DNA of 58,215 nucleotides from the IMG/VR virus record IMGVR_UViG_3300009417_000001, positions 1-58,215 of that record; one strand, written 5' to 3'. Shown here one piece after another: positions 18,602-27,565 of this stretch. Each line of letters begins with the position of its first letter. The first letter of the stretch is position 1. The position numbers and the translations under genes were made by a program. Origin of the DNA: a virus. The notes beneath the pieces are model-generated. The model saw only the letters and a list, made by a program, of their open reading frames with translations, was not told the origin of the DNA and ran no database searches.

Positions 18602-18741
18602 ACGGTGTAAGTAAAGTTGAGTGTGATCCATTTGAGAACTCTGAATAGGAAGTAGGCGATGCCGAGGAGTCCGCACCCTGCGAGGAAGACAAGGACTCGC
18701 AACCACGGAGTGGGGTCGGGATAATTCGGAAGGTAACCCAT
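18598..18741 (-). CDS. small single-pass membrane protein (47 aa)
   Basis: The ATG at 18741 gives MGYLPNYPDPTPWLRVLVFLAGCGLLGIAYFLF.... There are ATGA overlaps at both ends. Confidence 0.55.
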   Translation of the reverse strand: MGYLPNYPDPTPWLRVLVFLAGCGLLGIAYFLFRVLKWITLNFTYTV

Positions 18742-19040
18742 CAAAAGGCGCTCCTTGCCGCCCAGCCCATAAGTGCGGCAGCGGCGTTCCGGTTCTGAAC
18801 TTGGTCTTGGACGGGCAATCCCCCAGCCTCCATGTGTAATTCTTTTTGAGTTTTTATCCAGGCGACCTGAAATCTTTTCCACTCTTCGAGCTTGGCGGCT
18901 CGGGCTGCCATAAGCCCGTAGTCCATCGCATCAAGTTCTGTGGCCGTCGGCATGAGGGTAGTCTGCGGGGCTTTGACAACCATGTTAGTCGTCGCGCACC
19001 CCGAGGCCAAGACCAATAATATAAAGGTTAAATGTTTCAT
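18741..19040 (-). CDS. lipoprotein (lipobox LASGC)
   Basis: MKHLTFILLVLASGCATT is a signal peptide plus lipobox. Confidence 0.7.
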   Translation of the reverse strand: MKHLTFILLVLASGCATTNMVVKAPQTTLMPTATELDAMDYGLMAARAAKLEEWKRFQVAWIKTQKELHMEAGGLPVQDQVQNRNAAAALMGWAARSAF

Positions 19041-19306
19041 GAAATCACCATAATGTCAGTTAACTTAGAATAGGTCACCGGGTGACCAAAGTCAAGGTTG
19101 TAATCTTCCAGGATGCCTTGCAGATCAAAGGTTGAATCAACTACCCAGATGTACGACACAGTCAACCCGGTGTCTTCGCTGATCATCGCGCCGTGGAATT
19201 CAATGTGTGATACTTCTTCCAGTAGTTTGATGTGTAGTTGGTTGGCGGCTTCGAGAAACTTTTCCTGCGTCTTCCCTTCGCCGGGTATCGTGTTGATTAT
19301 TTTCAT
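19037..19306 (-). CDS. hypothetical protein
   Basis: 89-aa ORF with overlapping start and stop. Confidence 0.65.
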   Translation of the reverse strand: MKIINTIPGEGKTQEKFLEAANQLHIKLLEEVSHIEFHGAMISEDTGLTVSYIWVVDSTFDLQGILEDYNLDFGHPVTYSKLTDIMVIS

Positions 19307-19671
19307 AAGTCCCCCGCCCTGTCACACTCCCCGCAACTGGCTGGGATTATCCGGGCGATCCCTTCGACAACTCTGGTTATCTCCTCTCGGAAAAACCACT
19401 TCCCGAAATCTGCACAGAACTCCTCTATCAAGTCCTGGAATTCTTCTCGGACAAAAATTTCATATTTGAATTCCTCTACCCGATCGTTTCCTAGCTTAAC
19501 TTTAAAAGTGACAAAACGTTTGTCAGATTCCAATTCTTGGAAAACCCGGCCTTGGACGGTTAATCCAGGCAGTCCATGAGGGGGGAAAATTGTCGCTCTC
19601 TTCTGAGCCTCTTTCAGGCATGCTTCATAGTATTTCGCCAACTGATTTGCGTAGTCTTCGGGATGACTCAT
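19303..19671 (-). CDS. hypothetical protein
   Basis: 122-aa ORF with overlapping start and stop. Confidence 0.65.
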   Translation of the reverse strand: MSHPEDYANQLAKYYEACLKEAQKRATIFPPHGLPGLTVQGRVFQELESDKRFVTFKVKLGNDRVEEFKYEIFVREEFQDLIEEFCADFGKWFFREEITRVVEGIARIIPASCGECDRAGDL

Positions 19672-21947
19672 ATTTTTATCTCTTTCTCTGGAGGTACATA
19701 AAATGCCGAAATGCCTTTGGCTCTTCGGACTGGGTTGTGGACAATTTCATATCCTTCGGTGTTTGTGGACTCAAGGCGGTATCCCTTCAAGATGTTGCAG
19801 TCTTCGAGGCGGCGGTACAAAATGTTGCGCCCCAACTGTGGGCTTCGGGGCCGGGCTTTTTGGTATGCGTAGTCGTACGCAGCCCCAATCATCCGGGAGC
19901 TAATAAGAGCCCCAAGCGGTAAGGCCTGGTCGGGACTGTCCCCCCAAAAGATCTCCCCTTCGGCACACCAGTTCGCCACCATCTGCTCGAAGTGATCTCT
20001 GCCGTATGCTTCCTGCTGCTCCAATGCCTCTGTCCGAGGTGCCGAGCGCAATCGGTCGATGTCGTAAGGACGTACAGACATGGCATCCATAAAGGCAGCC
20101 AGGCCGCCCGACAGCATGTGATTCTCCAAAGCGCGGAAGTACTTAAAGTTGCCCTTCATTTTTGGGTTGCAGTCGATCACGCACCAACGCCGACTGTCGG
20201 TCTCGGCGGGGATCGCCCAATCTTCATTTGTCGCCATGATGATGTTGAGCTTGTTCGGCTCGTCCACCGCATCCTGGAATTTATACTCGATTGAATATGT
20301 GTCCTCGGTGACCAACGCTTTGAGAGTCGATGCGTTCCTAGGGTCCCCTGCAAAAAAGGCTTCCTCGGCGACCAGGAGTATCTTGGCCGCAAGCAGAGAA
20401 TTGAACCTCCCCACCACTTTCTCGGCCTTGGAAATTCGCACCCCGTGCGTCCCCGCGATGTCGAGCACCCACCGCAAGGCCTCTCCCTTACCGATGCCTT
20501 TTTCCCGCGAACGAAAAACCAGGACGGTTCCAGGGCGTTTGCCCCCGGGGTCCTGGATCATCCGGGCTATCCAGTCGAACACATATTCGGACAACTCTTT
20601 GTTGCCGTTGCACATGACGTTCTCCCAGTGCTTGCGGTACATACCCCAATCACCTGGCTTCGGAGCGACGTTCCAACCCGTCCAAAAATCAAACGAGTCC
20701 GGCCTCGGATCGAGGAAAGTACAGTGTTTAAGTTCCCGGCGGTCTTCGGATTTCATCCACATTTTAAACTGGGATACCTGCTTACCTTCATACGTTTCGA
20801 CCGTCTTGTTTTCGTACCAGTCTTCGAGAGATTTTTTCTCCTTGATCTCGTGCTGAACTTGGATGCCGGGTGACTTGGGTCCGTGTGTCACGACGAACGC
20901 ATTTTTCACCCCTCGGCCCACGATGGCCAATTGGTCGTTGAGTTGGTCGATGTAGTTACCTGAAGGCAGGTCAAACCTGTATGCCAAGGAGCCGTACCCC
21001 CGGAAGCGGCAAGAAGAGTGGAAACACTTGTATATGATGTCTCCACTGTCCAGGCGTATTAAGTCACTGGCGTTGTCCCGGCCGGTGGTGTGCTCGGCAG
21101 CCCAAGGACATTCCATGTTCCAAAAAGTGGCTTCTTGGCCTTGGAAGTCCTTGCGGGTCTCTCGGCCCGTAAGGTAGGGCGTCAACTCAGAGAGTACAAA
21201 CTGCATGCCTTGGTCGGTCAGGTTACGGAGAGATGAGCGAGTCAAACGTTTGACATCTTCAACCCCGCTGACCTCCTTCCAAATTTTAATCATCTCGCGG
21301 AGGCGAGCCCCATTACCTTTGACTTCACTATATGGCATCGACCCAGGGACCATGCGGCCTGTCACGGTCATGAGGCAGTGCTTCCGAAATACCTCTACAC
21401 CAATGGGTGAGAATTTGTGGTTTTGAATACCCAGGGAATCCGCGTGGAGGAAAATGTGAATGCCGTTGCCACTTGGCGAAAACTCGGTAAAGCTTGCGAA
21501 TTCGTTGATGACGTCGATGGCTGCATCATTGATCGTGCCGTCTGGCTCCACGCAGTGGTCTAAATCGATCCCCACAATGTCCTCATCGGGCTGGAAGACA
21601 CGGGCCAACCTAATGTGCCGATTCCACCTATCCTTCCTCTGAGAGCGAATGACGGCCTTTTTGGCGGCCTCGTATGACATGAGCGCGTCACCCCCGCGCC
21701 ACTTGAGAGCCCTCCAAGAATCTAGGTTCCAGGGCACCTTGTTCCACTTCAGAGTACCGTCTTTACCACGAGTCGGAAAAACCAGTAGGGCCATCCAAGT
21801 GTCCTTTTTCTGCATCTGTTTCGGGATGTCCTCCCAAGACTCGCGGAGAGGTACAGACAAGGCCGCTTGGACTTCTTCCCGGGTGTATCGTTTCGAGGGG
21901 TCGTGGCCTTCCGGCTCGGCCAAAGGACCGCTCAGACCTAACTTCAA
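19668..21947 (-). CDS. bifunctional primase-polymerase / SF3 (D5/P4-alpha-like) helicase
   Basis: Prim-pol motifs IVGIDLDHCV and SPSGNGIHIFLH. Zn motif CPWAAEH...YKCFHSSC. P-loop SREKGIGKGEAL and Walker B LLVAEEAF. Confidence 0.85.
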   Translation of the reverse strand: MKLGLSGPLAEPEGHDPSKRYTREEVQAALSVPLRESWEDIPKQMQKKDTWMALLVFPTRGKDGTLKWNKVPWNLDSWRALKWRGGDALMSYEAAKKAVIRSQRKDRWNRHIRLARVFQPDEDIVGIDLDHCVEPDGTINDAAIDVINEFASFTEFSPSGNGIHIFLHADSLGIQNHKFSPIGVEVFRKHCLMTVTGRMVPGSMPYSEVKGNGARLREMIKIWKEVSGVEDVKRLTRSSLRNLTDQGMQFVLSELTPYLTGRETRKDFQGQEATFWNMECPWAAEHTTGRDNASDLIRLDSGDIIYKCFHSSCRFRGYGSLAYRFDLPSGNYIDQLNDQLAIVGRGVKNAFVVTHGPKSPGIQVQHEIKEKKSLEDWYENKTVETYEGKQVSQFKMWMKSEDRRELKHCTFLDPRPDSFDFWTGWNVAPKPGDWGMYRKHWENVMCNGNKELSEYVFDWIARMIQDPGGKRPGTVLVFRSREKGIGKGEALRWVLDIAGTHGVRISKAEKVVGRFNSLLAAKILLVAEEAFFAGDPRNASTLKALVTEDTYSIEYKFQDAVDEPNKLNIIMATNEDWAIPAETDSRRWCVIDCNPKMKGNFKYFRALENHMLSGGLAAFMDAMSVRPYDIDRLRSAPRTEALEQQEAYGRDHFEQMVANWCAEGEIFWGDSPDQALPLGALISSRMIGAAYDYAYQKARPRSPQLGRNILYRRLEDCNILKGYRLESTNTEGYEIVHNPVRRAKGISAFYVPPEKEIKI

Positions 21948-22150
21948 AATAACCTCAGCGTTACTTGGGCGGGGAACTTGTACCGTTTGGCCTTGGGGCC
22001 TCGGTTTCGGTTCTCTTTGTCAATGGGCATTTCCTCGATCAGGCCATTGGCTACCAGGAGGGCGACAACCCCCCTGGCTCCCGGCTGATCCAGATCGTGC
22101 GACCGGGCGAACTCGGATATCGACATAGTCTTTTTTGATCTCTGAGGCAT
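21944..22150 (-). CDS. small DNA-binding (winged-helix-like) protein
   Basis: 68 aa with MSISEFARSHDLDQPGARGVVALLVANGLI. It lies immediately upstream of the primase. Confidence 0.45.
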   Translation of the reverse strand: MPQRSKKTMSISEFARSHDLDQPGARGVVALLVANGLIEEMPIDKENRNRGPKAKRYKFPAQVTLRLF

Positions 22151-22734
22151 TATTTACTCCAACTAGTTAGCATTTCGTCGAGCTCGACGAGAATCTCATC
22201 CTCCATGTCGGTTTGGATGGCTTGGTGCTCTTCGATCTTGGGGTGCATTTTTGCAGTCTTGCGTAGGTTATAATACCCCATCCGGTGTTCGGTCTCCAAC
22301 ATGCGGAGCAGACAGTGGGTTGAAAAACTAGATTTGCAAAAGGTGTTTACGAGCAAATCCAAAACCATCTGGATCGATGTCATTTGGGGGTTGAAGTGCT
22401 TGGTCCAAAAATCACTGCAATCGTCAAGTCGCTCTCCGATACCCCTTGCAGAATCCAAAAGAAAGGGGGCGAGGGTGGGTCGGAGTTCTTTCACCTCTTC
22501 GGGGGTGAAATTAGTGTAATTAGGTATCAGGGCCGACTCTCTCGGATTCTGCGCGGCGTGAGTGAGTGTCGCTTGAATCAACTCGTTGACTCGATGTTCC
22601 AGGTCGGTTGGGGCTTCGACGTTGATCTTGTGGTCCCGGAGTATCACAGATATGTTGAACTCGGGATAATAGTGTACCAACTCTTTGAGTCGAAACTTTA
22701 ACTCTTCCAAACGTTTTTCTTTTTTAGGGTCCAT
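22150..22734 (-). CDS. hypothetical protein
   Basis: 194-aa ORF. Confidence 0.7.
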   Translation of the reverse strand: MDPKKEKRLEELKFRLKELVHYYPEFNISVILRDHKINVEAPTDLEHRVNELIQATLTHAAQNPRESALIPNYTNFTPEEVKELRPTLAPFLLDSARGIGERLDDCSDFWTKHFNPQMTSIQMVLDLLVNTFCKSSFSTHCLLRMLETEHRMGYYNLRKTAKMHPKIEEHQAIQTDMEDEILVELDEMLTSWSK

Positions 22735-22738
22735 GTGA

Positions 22739-22918
22739 TTACTTGGGTTTTACGATGATAGTTATTAGCAGCATTACTGCCATGCCGACGGCCATGCCGA
22801 TGAAAAAAGGCACCAGCCAACCAGGCATTGATTGGGGGAAGGGACTAATCTGAAAGAAGGAGCAGGCAATTAAAAAGTAAAAGCCCACCCCCACCAAGAC
22901 GGCCAGGACGTTAGTCAT
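22739..22918 (-). CDS. small two-TM membrane protein (59 aa)
   Basis: The ATG at 22918 overlaps the DHH gene stop by 8 nt. The product is MTNVLAVLVGVGFYFLIACSFF...FFIGMAVGMAVMLLITIIV. Confidence 0.55.
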   Translation of the reverse strand: MTNVLAVLVGVGFYFLIACSFFQISPFPQSMPGWLVPFFIGMAVGMAVMLLITIIVKPK

Positions 22919-23822
22919 CAAGGTCTTGATAATCAACCTCCCGGGGGTTTTCGAAACCTTTGTAGAAAGCGTTGTCGTCCTTACTTGCCGTGAACCCGGC
23001 AGCGCCTTTGTGACCTCCCCCACCCTTCGTCGAAGCAATCTCCCCACAATGGCCAGAGAAGCCCGGGTTACCCGAGTACAGGCCTACTTTGATGCCTTTG
23101 GCTGAGGATACCCAGGTTAGTACGCCGACATCGTCGCCGACGTAAGGTAGGATGCCCTGCGCCCAAAGTGACCCACGCTGTCCGTTACCTGCGACCCAAG
23201 TATGTCCGGCAAAATCGACCAAAAACGCAGTCTTCTTCGCTTCCCGGGTTATATTTTGTCCTTCACAAACGTAAGCAAGGGTACTCCGAGATTCGTTGGG
23301 TAATTCTCTACCTTCGAGCCAAAAACCCCACTCTTCCGAATCCGGCCCCAAGGGCAGCAAGTTAAAATTGAGTTCGCGCTGCCAAGTGCAGACTTTAGTC
23401 CAATCCCCACTTTGATCCCAAACATCGTAGGCGGCAATCATTTCAACCGCTGTCGGGACCTCTTCCCGGTACGATGTGTATTCCCAACAGAGTTTGGACG
23501 CTGCTGTGCCGTCCCGGAGCAGACCTCTGGTCGTGAACCCAGCTTCCTCGGCCGCCTTGATGGCTGTGGCGTGGTGGTCGATCCAATGGAAATCAGCCAC
23601 CCGGTCTTTGATAAAGGACATCAAGTCCATCGGTAGGCTGAAATCGACGAGGAAGACGGTATCCGTGGGGGTGAGTTCCTCTAATTCTTCTTTCAACTCT
23701 TCTTCGTCATACCCAAAATCAATGCCTCGGAGCTCGACATAGTTCAGGTTGAATTTTTTGATAATGGCAGCGGATGCGTGGCCATCTAAGTCTGCGGAGG
23801 GGTAGTAGCAAATAGTGTGCAT
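22911..23822 (-). CDS. DHH/DHHA1 family phosphoesterase
   Basis: ADLDGHASAA, HWIDHHAT (the DHH motif) and GGGHKGAAGF (DHHA1). Confidence 0.8.
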   Translation of the reverse strand: MHTICYYPSADLDGHASAAIIKKFNLNYVELRGIDFGYDEEELKEELEELTPTDTVFLVDFSLPMDLMSFIKDRVADFHWIDHHATAIKAAEEAGFTTRGLLRDGTAASKLCWEYTSYREEVPTAVEMIAAYDVWDQSGDWTKVCTWQRELNFNLLPLGPDSEEWGFWLEGRELPNESRSTLAYVCEGQNITREAKKTAFLVDFAGHTWVAGNGQRGSLWAQGILPYVGDDVGVLTWVSSAKGIKVGLYSGNPGFSGHCGEIASTKGGGGHKGAAGFTASKDDNAFYKGFENPREVDYQDLDD

Positions 23823-23844
23823 GTTGTTTCTTCTTTCTTAGTTT

Positions 23845-23855
23845 TCAAACGTTTT
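23845..23855. repeat. TCAAACGTTTT motif copy, 23 nt upstream of the DHH start codon
   Basis: Read in the sequence. It is part of a roughly 30-nt cassette shared with the thyX upstream region. Confidence 0.9.
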
Positions 23856-23867
23856 GTTGTGGGGTGC

Positions 23868-24251
23868 TTAGGAGGATGCTTTCCAGATTTTTTCAACCAG
23901 ACTACTGCCTTTAGACGTTGTGTTTGGTCCGTCGGTCCCGGCATAGGTGATCAAACCTTGACTCACCAACTTATCTAAGAACTTGGCATCTGTGATGTCC
24001 CCGAACATTGTGGTGGGCTTTTCCATGTGGACAAGTAGTAATATAAGTATTTCGGGCAGGGATAGGGGGGTAAATGTCGGGCCCTCTTCAGGTTGGCCTT
24101 TGATAACCTGTCGGATCTCCTCGTTGATCTCTCCGGTGATAGATGCGTAGTCGCAACACCACTCCCCTAATTTAGACCTGTCGTGTCGGGCGCGTTCTAT
24201 GACCATCTCCTTGTCGAGCAGGAGATTTTTCAATTTCATTTCGTAGTTCAT
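23868..24251 (-). CDS. hypothetical protein
   Basis: 127-aa ORF. Confidence 0.7.
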   Translation of the reverse strand: MNYEMKLKNLLLDKEMVIERARHDRSKLGEWCCDYASITGEINEEIRQVIKGQPEEGPTFTPLSLPEILILLLVHMEKPTTMFGDITDAKFLDKLVSQGLITYAGTDGPNTTSKGSSLVEKIWKASS

Positions 24252-24679
24252 ATTCCTGCCCGTTCCAACGCGTCGGCCATTGCGAGTAAGTCTTTTTTAA
24301 ACTCTTTGGGGTCTTCGTTATAGGGTGTGATTTCGAAACTACTGAATCCAGGGGGGCAGGGTATGCCTAGTTCTTGGCAAGCCTCGTAAACATCCCCTTC
24401 GCGGAAATTGTCTAAGGCGATTAATTTCTTCTCGGTTTCCCTATCAAATTCAAAAGGCTGTTTAGAGATCTTGGAATCCAACCCGAGTCTCCGAGATATG
24501 GAGCATCCGGCTAGGCACTGTTGGCAAATGCCGTCGTGGTAGGGGCGGTGCCAGTCCCACATGCGTATTTTGACACTTTTTAAACCTTCCTGGTGGAGGG
24601 AGAGGTCGTGCACGGCGTCTCGTATCAAACGTACCGGGTCGTCTATTGGGGCAAGTTCGCCCGTCTGCTTAAATATCAT
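24248..24679 (-). CDS. hypothetical protein
   Basis: 143-aa ORF with overlapping start and stop. Confidence 0.7.
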   Translation of the reverse strand: MIFKQTGELAPIDDPVRLIRDAVHDLSLHQEGLKSVKIRMWDWHRPYHDGICQQCLAGCSISRRLGLDSKISKQPFEFDRETEKKLIALDNFREGDVYEACQELGIPCPPGFSSFEITPYNEDPKEFKKDLLAMADALERAGI

Positions 24680-25335
24680 TTTGCACCTCCCTCTGGAGGT
24701 GCTTCGACGTGGTAAAGGGCCTGAGCAATAGCTGGCAACTCCGCATCGAAAATCTCTTGGATCTCCAGGGCTATGTCACGGTGCTCCTTTTGCGCCCCCT
24801 CGTATGTCCGGGCTTGCAGGTAGTGAATCCAACTGCGGATGGTACCTGTCATGTGCAGCGTGGTACTAACGCACATGGGGAGGATCATCCTTGCGGACTC
24901 ACGGGCGACCCCTGCTTCGAGAAGATGGGAGTACAACACTTTGGCCTCATGCAAGAACTTCGCAATCTGCTCGTTCGCGGAATGCCCCCCATCACTAATC
25001 TCGGGGTTAAACACTTCGTCGCCGACTTGGCGGTTGGTCTTTCCCTGCTTCCGCAGTTCGAACGGCTCGAAGTCTGTCGCCTCGGCGTACCGTTGCGAAA
25101 ACTCCTGGAAGCTAAAGCTACGGTGTCGCAGGATCTGTGCGCTAATCGCCCGTGACGTTTGGATGGTGACGCACATCGAAGCCATCTCGAAGATACTCCA
25201 ATGCCCGTGCTTCATACAATAGCGGAGTAACTTTTCAGGCTCAGCCGTCTTGTCACCTCGCGGCGATGAGACCCGGGCCATTTCCACCATCTGTCTCTCT
25301 GCCTCGGGGGCGATCCATTTCAATTCAATATTCAT
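24676..25335 (-). CDS. thyX: flavin-dependent thymidylate synthase
   Basis: ThyX signature RHRSFSFQEFSQRY. 219 aa. Confidence 0.9.
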   Translation of the reverse strand: MNIELKWIAPEAERQMVEMARVSSPRGDKTAEPEKLLRYCMKHGHWSIFEMASMCVTIQTSRAISAQILRHRSFSFQEFSQRYAEATDFEPFELRKQGKTNRQVGDEVFNPEISDGGHSANEQIAKFLHEAKVLYSHLLEAGVARESARMILPMCVSTTLHMTGTIRSWIHYLQARTYEGAQKEHRDIALEIQEIFDAELPAIAQALYHVEAPPEGGAK

Positions 25336-25354
25336 GTTTCTTCTTTTTTGGTTT

Positions 25355-25365
25355 TCAAACGTTTT
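25355..25365. repeat. TCAAACGTTTT motif copy, 20 nt upstream of the thyX start codon
   Basis: Read in the sequence. Confidence 0.9.
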
Positions 25366-25606
25366 AAAATAGTGCGGTCTTTCCCGCCGTCACCTCGTCT
25401 ATCCGAAGCGTCTATGCTAATCTCTAAACAGAAGGTTTAGGATATTCTTTCAGTTTGCTCATCGTACGAAACCCAAGGGTGGTGGGAAGTGGGAAATTTG
25501 GATGACCTCCCACCGCCGGGAAAAGGATTTCTGGGTAATGTTGTAGTGTGTTGGCACTCCCTGCTTGTTGGAGGGGGTGATTGTGAAAGTAGTTCTCATA
25601 TTGTCC

Positions 25607-25903
25607 TTAGTTCAGTGTCTGTGATATGTCGGCGATGTCCTCTAAATTTACGCAAAAATCCCCTAAGAGAGCCCCATCGAGGGAGTATTGGTGGGTCCAG
25701 GGGTTTAGCACCAACGTGGTTCCCATGGCGAAAAAGCCGAACCCGTAAGGGCCTTTGTAGTCCTGAACCAACATCACGCGTGGAGGCAAGTGGTATGCCT
25801 TGTGGCTGTGGCAATACTTTTCGAGGGGTTTGCCCAGGCAACCTGGCACCGCGCAAGTAAGTGCGTAGAAATCTGGGTTGCCGGTACACGCTTCTCCAAT
25901 CAC
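25607..25903 (-). CDS. hypothetical Cys/His-containing protein
   Basis: 98-aa ORF with a GTG start overlapping the upstream stop. Contains CAVPGCLGKPLEKYCHSH. Confidence 0.55.
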   Translation of the reverse strand: MIGEACTGNPDFYALTCAVPGCLGKPLEKYCHSHKAYHLPPRVMLVQDYKGPYGFGFFAMGTTLVLNPWTHQYSLDGALLGDFCVNLEDIADISQTLN

Positions 25904-26838
25904 TAGTCGTTGATTCCGTTGATCAGGGCAGTGGGTGCCGGGGCAACAGCGTACTGAGTGGCCAAGGCAGCCAGGTCTCCTCCTTCGAGGATGTGACGTG
26001 TGATCGCCGCCTCTGCTTGACGTGTGGCGCGGACCCGGCAGAACCCGGTTGAGTTATCCATTCGGACCTTCCGACGCTCTTTGACCAACGCATTAATGGC
26101 TTTGATACCATCTTCCATTTTCGCGTCTGGGGGTAATATCATGTCGGCGACGATTGTGAAGGATTTGGTGTCGGCGTCCTTGAAGCGGACGTACACACTC
26201 ACGGGGATTGACCAGGCCCCGGAATTGCCAGAGAGGCGGTCGAGTAGCAGGTCACAACCTCGGTCTAGTAGACCGTACCGGGGTGAAACACTTGCATACT
26301 CGACCTCCCCTTGGGTGAGACTCATGAGTTGGTCGTACACATCTGCCAACCGCGCGCAGGGTTGACTGAGCAAACGCTCGTGGATGTCTTGGGCGACCTC
26401 CTCCTCCTTGGCCTGCATTTGGTCATACAGTGCTGACAACCGTGCGGCAGTCTCATTGGACTTGGCGTTGTGCTCGGCTGCTTGGTGTTCGACGATTAGC
26501 CCAGCCACGTCAGACTTGGTAATGGTAACGTCGATGTTGATTGGGGTTGCGGACGGGGCGATGATTTGAGGTGCTTTTTGTTCTGTGTTTTCCATAACTT
26601 CTTTCTGGTTCATTTTAAGTTGGTGCTTTAGTTCGCGAATAGCTTGCCTAGCTTCCCAACATTCTAATTTTAAAATAGGTCGTATTTCTTCGACCAACAA
26701 GCCTGCGACGTTTAACTCTTCGCCGCATTCGGAGCAGTTGAATGATCGACTGATGTTCAGGTGTCCTTGTGGCTTACCATTCGGAGATTTCAGCATTGTA
26801 CGCGTCACACACGTCGCCTTGCATAATTCGTAGTTCAC
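25903..26838 (-). CDS. hypothetical protein (N-terminal zinc-ribbon-like, central coiled coil)
   Basis: 311 aa with CKATC...CSECG. Confidence 0.7.
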   Translation of the reverse strand: MNYELCKATCVTRTMLKSPNGKPQGHLNISRSFNCSECGEELNVAGLLVEEIRPILKLECWEARQAIRELKHQLKMNQKEVMENTEQKAPQIIAPSATPINIDVTITKSDVAGLIVEHQAAEHNAKSNETAARLSALYDQMQAKEEEVAQDIHERLLSQPCARLADVYDQLMSLTQGEVEYASVSPRYGLLDRGCDLLLDRLSGNSGAWSIPVSVYVRFKDADTKSFTIVADMILPPDAKMEDGIKAINALVKERRKVRMDNSTGFCRVRATRQAEAAITRHILEGGDLAALATQYAVAPAPTALINGIND

Positions 26839-27125
26839 GACATATCCTTAATCAAACGTGCGGCAATAAATTCGATCTTGGCCAAGGTTTCTTTTGCGTC
26901 TTCCCACTCTGCGTAGCGGATGTGCTCCGAAAAGGCCTGACCCGCTTCGAAAATATCTGGGTCTAGCGGACCCCCATCACTATCTCGGGGGATCGAGGCA
27001 CACTGGTTACCGACAGCACATGTTACCCAGCTACGTGCGCGTTTTGTTAGTTGCAGATGTCTCGGGGTGCCAACTTTAGGGGGTGTGTCTAGGGCGGCGT
27101 TCCAATCGTACGAACCACGTCCCAC
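26835..27125 (-). CDS. hypothetical protein, paralog B of a tandem pair
   Basis: Shares WVTCAVGNQCASIPR and EWEDAK with 27143..27457. Confidence 0.7.
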   Translation of the reverse strand: MGRGSYDWNAALDTPPKVGTPRHLQLTKRARSWVTCAVGNQCASIPRDSDGGPLDPDIFEAGQAFSEHIRYAEWEDAKETLAKIEFIAARLIKDMS

Positions 27126-27142
27126 ATCTTGGGCGTAAGTTT

Positions 27143-27457
27143 TCAGGACCCCCTCTCAATCAGATGTGCGGCAATACCTTCGATCTCAACCAACGTGGTT
27201 TTTGCGTCTTCCCACTCGCCCTCTCCTATTTGGTCGTTGAATCGGGTTCCTAGGTATTCTAGTTCTGAGCTAATTGGTTGGCCTCCAGGCCGCCTAGGTA
27301 TAGATGCACACTGGTTACCGACAGCACAGGTAACCCATGTGTTGGCCGCATCCCGAGCCTCGTAATGCTGCTTTGAGTCGTACAGGGGTGGGTTGTCTAG
27401 AAAAGCATTCCAATCGAACGTAGCGTCCTGGTATCTGTCTTGGGCGAAGGTTCTCAT
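27143..27457 (-). CDS. hypothetical protein, paralog A of a tandem pair
   Basis: Shares WVTCAVGNQCASIPR and EWEDAK with 26835..27125. Confidence 0.7.
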   Translation of the reverse strand: MRTFAQDRYQDATFDWNAFLDNPPLYDSKQHYEARDAANTWVTCAVGNQCASIPRRPGGQPISSELEYLGTRFNDQIGEGEWEDAKTTLVEIEGIAAHLIERGS

Positions 27458-27565
27458 AATTTTCTTTCTAGGAATTTAAAATTGAAATTGCGCCCTGCAT
27501 ATGGATGTCGGGCAGTCTCCGAGCGCAATAAGTACCCTAGGGGGTTTGGACTAAGTTCCAAATTA

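Noticed and set aside
25336-25606. The 270-nt gap between gene 25607..25903 and thyX as a possible ncRNA or tRNA.
   Set aside because: No tRNA-like T-arm or anticodon structure is present. A 9-bp stem (GGUGGGAGG pairing with CUUCCCACC on the minus strand, about 25479..25512) lacks a clear U-tract. The plus-strand ORF 25489..25860 is antisense and Gly/Arg-rich. I left the gap unannotated apart from the upstream cassette of thyX.
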